Assembly: GCA_963678315.1 (NCBI GenBank)
Contig: OY782781.1
Span: 1,440,001 to 1,504,000 of the forward strand
From: Candidatus Cloacimonadales bacterium
Lineage (GTDB): Bacteria > Cloacimonadota > Cloacimonadia > Cloacimonadales > JAFGVF01
Reading direction: 5' to 3'
DNA: 64,000 nucleotides
Under the pieces are notes generated by a model. It was not told where the DNA came from, searched no databases, and saw only the letters and a program-made list of their open reading frames with translations. A program made the position numbers and the translations under genes. Positions 59,701 through 64,000 of this stretch are shown here, one piece after another; the first letter of the stretch is position 1, and each line of letters starts with the position of its first letter.

Positions 59701-60093
59701 ATGGAAAAATTAAATAAAGTTGTTGCAAGCATGGATTTTGATTTCATGTCATCAGGAGTTAATAAGGTAAGTGCTGGAAACTTTTTACAAGAGAGAGATT
59801 CTCTTTTTGTTGATATTAGATGTAGAGAAGAAGTTGAAACTATTTCTCTAAATTTAAAGCATCATTTAGAAGCTGTAAATATTCCTTTCAATGAATTTCC
59901 AGAAAGAATAAATGAACTTCCAAAGGATAGAAGAATAGGTCTCTTTTGTTCAGGTGGAGTTAGAATAGCTATGGCTTATCTATATCTTAGAACAGCAGGT
60001 TATGATAATGTAGTTATGGTTTCAGGTGGTTTAGAAGCTATTGTTCCAGAGTTAAAACCTGGTAAAGTAATGAACGCTATAAAATCTAAGTAA
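59701..60093 (+). CDS. Rhodanese-like domain protein
   Basis: FVDIR, NIPFNE, LFCSGGVR, GG; AGGAGG RBS. Confidence 0.88.
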   Translation: MEKLNKVVASMDFDFMSSGVNKVSAGNFLQERDSLFVDIRCREEVETISLNLKHHLEAVNIPFNEFPERINELPKDRRIGLFCSGGVRIAMAYLYLRTAGYDNVVMVSGGLEAIVPELKPGKVMNAIKSK

Positions 60094-60097
60094 AGCT

Positions 60098-60886
60098 ATG
60101 AATATCGCTATCTTAACTGCAATAGTATTTGTTATTGCAGTAGTCATGACAATGACTGGTCGAGGTGGTGGTAACTTCTATGTGCTAGCTTTAGTTCTTG
60201 CTGGTCAAGCTATGCATCAGGCTGCAACATTGGGCCAATTTATTCTAATGATTACAGCCTTAGCAGGTATGATTATTTTTCATAAGAACAAGTTAGTAGA
60301 TTGGAAGTTAGCTTTAGTAATAGACCCTCCAACAGATATTATGGCCTTTTTTGGGGGATATTTATCGGAATATGTGAGTGGACCTAATCTTAAGATTATA
60401 TTCTCGGTTTTATTGGTAATAGCAGGTTTGTTAATGCTAGTAAAAGTTAATGATAAACCAATTACTAAAGAAAAAAGATTTGGTTATTGGCATAGATCTT
60501 ATAATGGCCACTCTTATGTTGTAAATTTGTGGTTAGCTATCCCAGTTACAGCTCTTGTTGGACTTGCTTCCGGAGCACTAGGCATATCAGGTGGCTCTTT
60601 CAAGGTACCTTTGATGGTTCTCTTCTGTGGTGTACCTATGTCTATTGCTGTTGGAACTTCTTCTGCTATGGTGGCAGCTACAGCTTTGATGGGCTTTATT
60701 GGCCATGCTTCCAAAGGACATTTCGATCCATCTTTAGCTATTCCAGTAGCTATTGCTGCTGTTATAGGTGGAGTAATTGGTGGTAAATTTGCCTTAAAAA
60801 CAAAGCCAAAGAACCTTAAAAAGATATTTGCAGTGACTACTATTTTAGCCGCAGGTTTTATGTTAGTTAATGCATTTAATAGTTAA
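60098..60886 (+). CDS. Sulfite exporter TauE/SafE (TSUP) family protein
   Basis: GRGGG, GISGGSFKVP, AVGTS; about 8 TM segments. Confidence 0.9.
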   Translation: MNIAILTAIVFVIAVVMTMTGRGGGNFYVLALVLAGQAMHQAATLGQFILMITALAGMIIFHKNKLVDWKLALVIDPPTDIMAFFGGYLSEYVSGPNLKIIFSVLLVIAGLLMLVKVNDKPITKEKRFGYWHRSYNGHSYVVNLWLAIPVTALVGLASGALGISGGSFKVPLMVLFCGVPMSIAVGTSSAMVAATALMGFIGHASKGHFDPSLAIPVAIAAVIGGVIGGKFALKTKPKNLKKIFAVTTILAAGFMLVNAFNS

Positions 60887-60893
60887 TAAAAAG

Positions 60894-61180
60894 ATAGAGT
60901 GTTGAATTTCAGCACTCTATAGTCTTTTGATAAATGGCTTATTGTTGAAGATTCCTTGCTGGTAAAGATGATTATTTTGTATTTTGAGATTTGACATATC
61001 TTAGTTAAATCCTTGACTCTTGAAGTATTATAATCAGTCTTTGCCTGACACAGTACTTTTCTGCGGTCAACGATTCAACTAAGCTATTGCCGATTTGTTT
61101 TTGTAAAAACAAAGCAAAAACAAAGAGCCTTGACTTGTCAAGACTCTCTCAAGAGTGTTGATTTCCAGCACTCTATCTTT
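60894..61180 (-). repeat. ~210-bp structured non-coding element (copy B) between two near-identical hairpins
   Basis: agagtgttga-n4-cagcactctat at 60896-60920 and 61152-61176; interior 60921-61136 is the reverse-complement homolog of 17516-17728. Confidence 0.85.
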
Positions 61181-61196
61181 AACAATTTAAGCAAGC

Positions 61197-61616
61197 TTAT
61201 TTAATTTTGATTCCTTTTGCTTTTACAGTAACTTTAGTAGTTCTCATTAAAATTGGAATACCACTTTTTTCTATATGGAATTTAGGGCAGATTACTGCAT
61301 CAACATCTTCATTACTTGCGATTGCATTAAAAATAGCTCTTTCTTTTGCAACATTGAAAGTGATGTTTGGTAACATTCCAAGAACAGGGTTTTCAATTGC
61401 TCCTGAATCATTTGAACCATTTATTGGGAAACCTAAGAATGTTGTAACTTCTGCTGTTCCAGTGATATTCCCAACCACGTCATACTGACTCTGTTGTAAT
61501 GGTGCTAAACTAATGTCGTTAACTCCAATACTTGCTATTGAATTAGAACGTGAACTACATCCTGTTAATACTAGTAGGACTAAGCCCAAAATAATTAATA
61601 AACGTGTTTTCTTCAT
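61197..61616 (-). CDS. Lipoprotein of unknown function
   Basis: MKKTRLL...LTGC lipobox; AAGGAG RBS favours start 61616. Confidence 0.75.
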   Translation of the reverse strand: MKKTRLLIILGLVLLVLTGCSSRSNSIASIGVNDISLAPLQQSQYDVVGNITGTAEVTTFLGFPINGSNDSGAIENPVLGMLPNITFNVAKERAIFNAIASNEDVDAVICPKFHIEKSGIPILMRTTKVTVKAKGIKIK

Positions 61617-62015
61617 GAAAAAACTCCTTTCTAAATAGTATATGTCATACTTTTTTCCTGAAATAATAACAGTCAATAAAAAATAATCACTACTCACTGC
61701 CTTCTTTCCCTTACCCCTCCTGCATTAAATTACCTTTTAATGCAGGATGGACTTAAGTAAGCAGTAAGGAACTAGGATTAGTAAGGTGTTGACATACAGG
61801 ACTTAACGCTTGGGAAACATTAAGATTTTAACTGTCTCTACTTAAGAAGAAATCTATTGTAAGAAAGTATAAACTAGTCTACTAAAGAGAATTCAAAAAT
61901 AAAAAACACTTGCTATATATCTTAATTATTTGAATTTTGAACTAAACCCTTTGAGGTAGACCCAAATAACTAATCGAATTGCTTTATCTCAATTTGATAT
62001 TTTTAAAGGAATAAA

Positions 62016-63464
62016 ATGCTTTTTAACTCAATTGATTTTATGGTTTTTTTACCAATCGTCTTTATGATATATTGGTTCATTTTTAAGAGGAACTTAAAAT
62101 CCCAGAACCTATTTCTTTTAATTGCAAGTTACGTGTTTTATGGTTGGTGGGATTGGAGATTCCTGTTTTTGATAGCTTTTTCATCTGCTGTGGATTTTAT
62201 TGTTGGAATTCGACTGAGTAAAAGTTCAAATTCTATTCATAGACGGCTATTATTAACTACAAGTATTCTTGTAAATCTTGGTTTTCTTATGGTCTTTAAA
62301 TATTATAATTTCTTTGCAGAATCATTGTCTTCAGCATTTACCTTATTTGGAAAAACTCTAAGTTTAAATAGCTTAAATGTTATCTTACCGGTTGGTATAT
62401 CTTTTTATACATTCCAAACATTAAGTTATTCTATAGATGTCTATAAAAGAAAATTAGAAGCTACCAATGATGCAATTGCTTTTTTTGCCTTTGTAAGTTT
62501 TTTTCCACAATTAGTTGCTGGCCCAATCGAAAGAGCAACCAATCTTTTACCTCAGTTTTATAAAGATAGAAAGTTTGACTATCATAAAGCAGTTCTTGGA
62601 CTAAAACAGATATTGTGGGGATTGTTTAAGAAAATTGTGATTGCTGATAACTGTGCAAGATATGCTAATGAAATATTCAATAATTATACAGAAATGCCAG
62701 GAAGTAGTCTTCTGTTGGGGGCTGTGCTATTTTCATTTCAAATTTATGGTGATTTCTCTGGATACTCTGATATTGCAATAGGTACATCTAGCTTATTTGG
62801 ATTTAAGCTAAAAAGAAACTTTGCTTATCCTTATTTTTCCAGGGATATCTCCGAATTTTGGAGAAGATGGCATATTTCACTTTCTACATGGTTTAGGGAT
62901 TATCTTTATATTCCTTTAGGTGGGTCAAGAGTCGGCAAAGCGAAAATGATAAGAAATGTACTTATTGTATTTTTGGTTAGTGGCTTTTGGCATGGAGCAA
63001 ATTGGACCTTTATCGTATGGGGCTTAGTAAATGCTTTGTTGATTATTCCTCAGTTTTTAAGACAAACAAACAGACATAACTTAGTTACAGTAGCTGAAAA
63101 TAAAATACTACCATCATTAAAAGAAACTTTCCACATAATCGCTACTTTTATGATTACTTCTTTAGTATGGGTGTTTTTTAGATCAGAATCTTTAGGACAA
63201 TCATTTGCAATCTTGAAGAGAATCTTTTCTGAATCTCTATTAACTTCTTCTAAGTACTTAACAAACTTGAATGTGCAAATTTTAGCTCTTTTGATTGGGA
63301 CTCTTGTTTTTGTAGAATGGTTAGGACGAACACAAGACTTTGCTCTACAGAAGATTCCATTCTTTAAAAATAGACTTCTAAGATATTCTTTCTACTACTC
63401 AATAATCTTTGCTATTCTTTGGTTTGGTGGACAAGAACAAAACTTTATATATTTTCAGTTTTAG
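62016..63464 (+). CDS. MBOAT family O-acyltransferase (AlgI/DltB-like)
   Basis: LPVGISFYTFQ, FFPQLVAGPIER, DFSGYSDIAIG, FWRRWHISLSTWFRDYLYIPLGG, SGFWHGA. Confidence 0.95.
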   Translation: MLFNSIDFMVFLPIVFMIYWFIFKRNLKSQNLFLLIASYVFYGWWDWRFLFLIAFSSAVDFIVGIRLSKSSNSIHRRLLLTTSILVNLGFLMVFKYYNFFAESLSSAFTLFGKTLSLNSLNVILPVGISFYTFQTLSYSIDVYKRKLEATNDAIAFFAFVSFFPQLVAGPIERATNLLPQFYKDRKFDYHKAVLGLKQILWGLFKKIVIADNCARYANEIFNNYTEMPGSSLLLGAVLFSFQIYGDFSGYSDIAIGTSSLFGFKLKRNFAYPYFSRDISEFWRRWHISLSTWFRDYLYIPLGGSRVGKAKMIRNVLIVFLVSGFWHGANWTFIVWGLVNALLIIPQFLRQTNRHNLVTVAENKILPSLKETFHIIATFMITSLVWVFFRSESLGQSFAILKRIFSESLLTSSKYLTNLNVQILALLIGTLVFVEWLGRTQDFALQKIPFFKNRLLRYSFYYSIIFAILWFGGQEQNFIYFQF

Positions 63465-63472
63465 GATATAAT

Positions 63473-64000
63473 ATGAAACAATTTATAAAAAGATTAATAA
63501 TTTTCTTACTTCTTCCATTTACTATATTCTGTAGTGTTGAAATAATGTTTCAAATGTTACCTAATGATTACAAATTGAAAAGAGATTATATCCAGAAAAA
63601 CAAAGATAAAATTGAGAATTTAATACTCGGTTCATCCCATACTTTCAAAGGCATTGACCCTCAGTATCTTTCTCCTAATAGCTTTAATCTTGCTTATTCA
63701 GGACAGTCCTTAATATTTGATGAAATGTTACTGAAAAAGTACTTTACTAGTTCAAAAAATCTGAAAAGAATTATAATTCCAATTTCCTATATGACCTTTA
63801 GAGAGATGGATAATCAAGGTTTATCTTCACCAAGAAGATATGACTATCTTAGATATCATGGTATTGGAAGGGATAATATTTCTATCTTCGATATTGATAG
63901 CTATTTAATCACTCCCAATAAAGGAATGAAACAAGTTTATTATTTGTTAAAAGTCTTTCTTAGAAAGGGAACTCTTGTAACTAGTGATTCATTGGGATTA
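63473..64000 (+). CDS. SGNH-like partner of the MBOAT, partial (runs off window)
   Basis: MKQFIKRLIIFLL...LILGSSH...NLAYSGQS; frame open to the window end. Confidence 0.7.
   Translation, partial: MKQFIKRLIIFLLLPFTIFCSVEIMFQMLPNDYKLKRDYIQKNKDKIENLILGSSHTFKGIDPQYLSPNSFNLAYSGQSLIFDEMLLKKYFTSSKNLKRIIIPISYMTFREMDNQGLSSPRRYDYLRYHGIGRDNISIFDIDSYLITPNKGMKQVYYLLKVFLRKGTLVTSDSLGL

Noticed and set aside
1236..61488. Numerous 60-120-aa ORFs nested in or antisense to long genes (e.g. 7981, 37865, 54985, 61207)
   Set aside because: Shadow frames of well-supported CDS with no independent motifs

Overview
AT-rich bacterial chromosomal segment, most consistent with an anaerobe of Candidatus Cloacimonadota (inferred from FlgD-Ig/T9SS-like C-terminal domains, many FGE-sulfatase proteins, a GlmL fusion and an [FeFe]-hydrogenase operon). 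About 45 CDS: MATE, PEGA protein, GlmL-like fusion followed by ovoA, a YgjP-pdxK-HAD-Nif3-GH130-manA operon, ettA, acyl-CoA ligase, a four-gene NADH-linked [FeFe]-hydrogenase, a collapsed type I restriction-modification locus, a GH16 beta-glucanase divergent from a 1207-aa repeat protein, an FGE-sulfatase/secreted-protein cluster, and transport/lipoprotein genes. No rRNA, tRNA, CRISPR array, transposase, integrase or reverse transcriptase was recognised. Best leads: (1) the 3' end of the FGE gene at 47645-48727 has the codon signature of a DGR variable region with no template repeat or RT in the window; (2) two unrelated families of dispersed non-coding elements (~210 bp and ~170 bp) with compensatory base-pair changes, the first flanked at each locus by a duplicated hairpin; (3) a hydrogenase that has lost the clusters and motifs associated with electron bifurcation; (4) OvoA with a degenerate methyltransferase domain in an apparent anaerobe; (5) a possible Cys/Trp leader peptide ahead of rhodanese-TauE. 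All family assignments are by eye from motifs; no database search was run.
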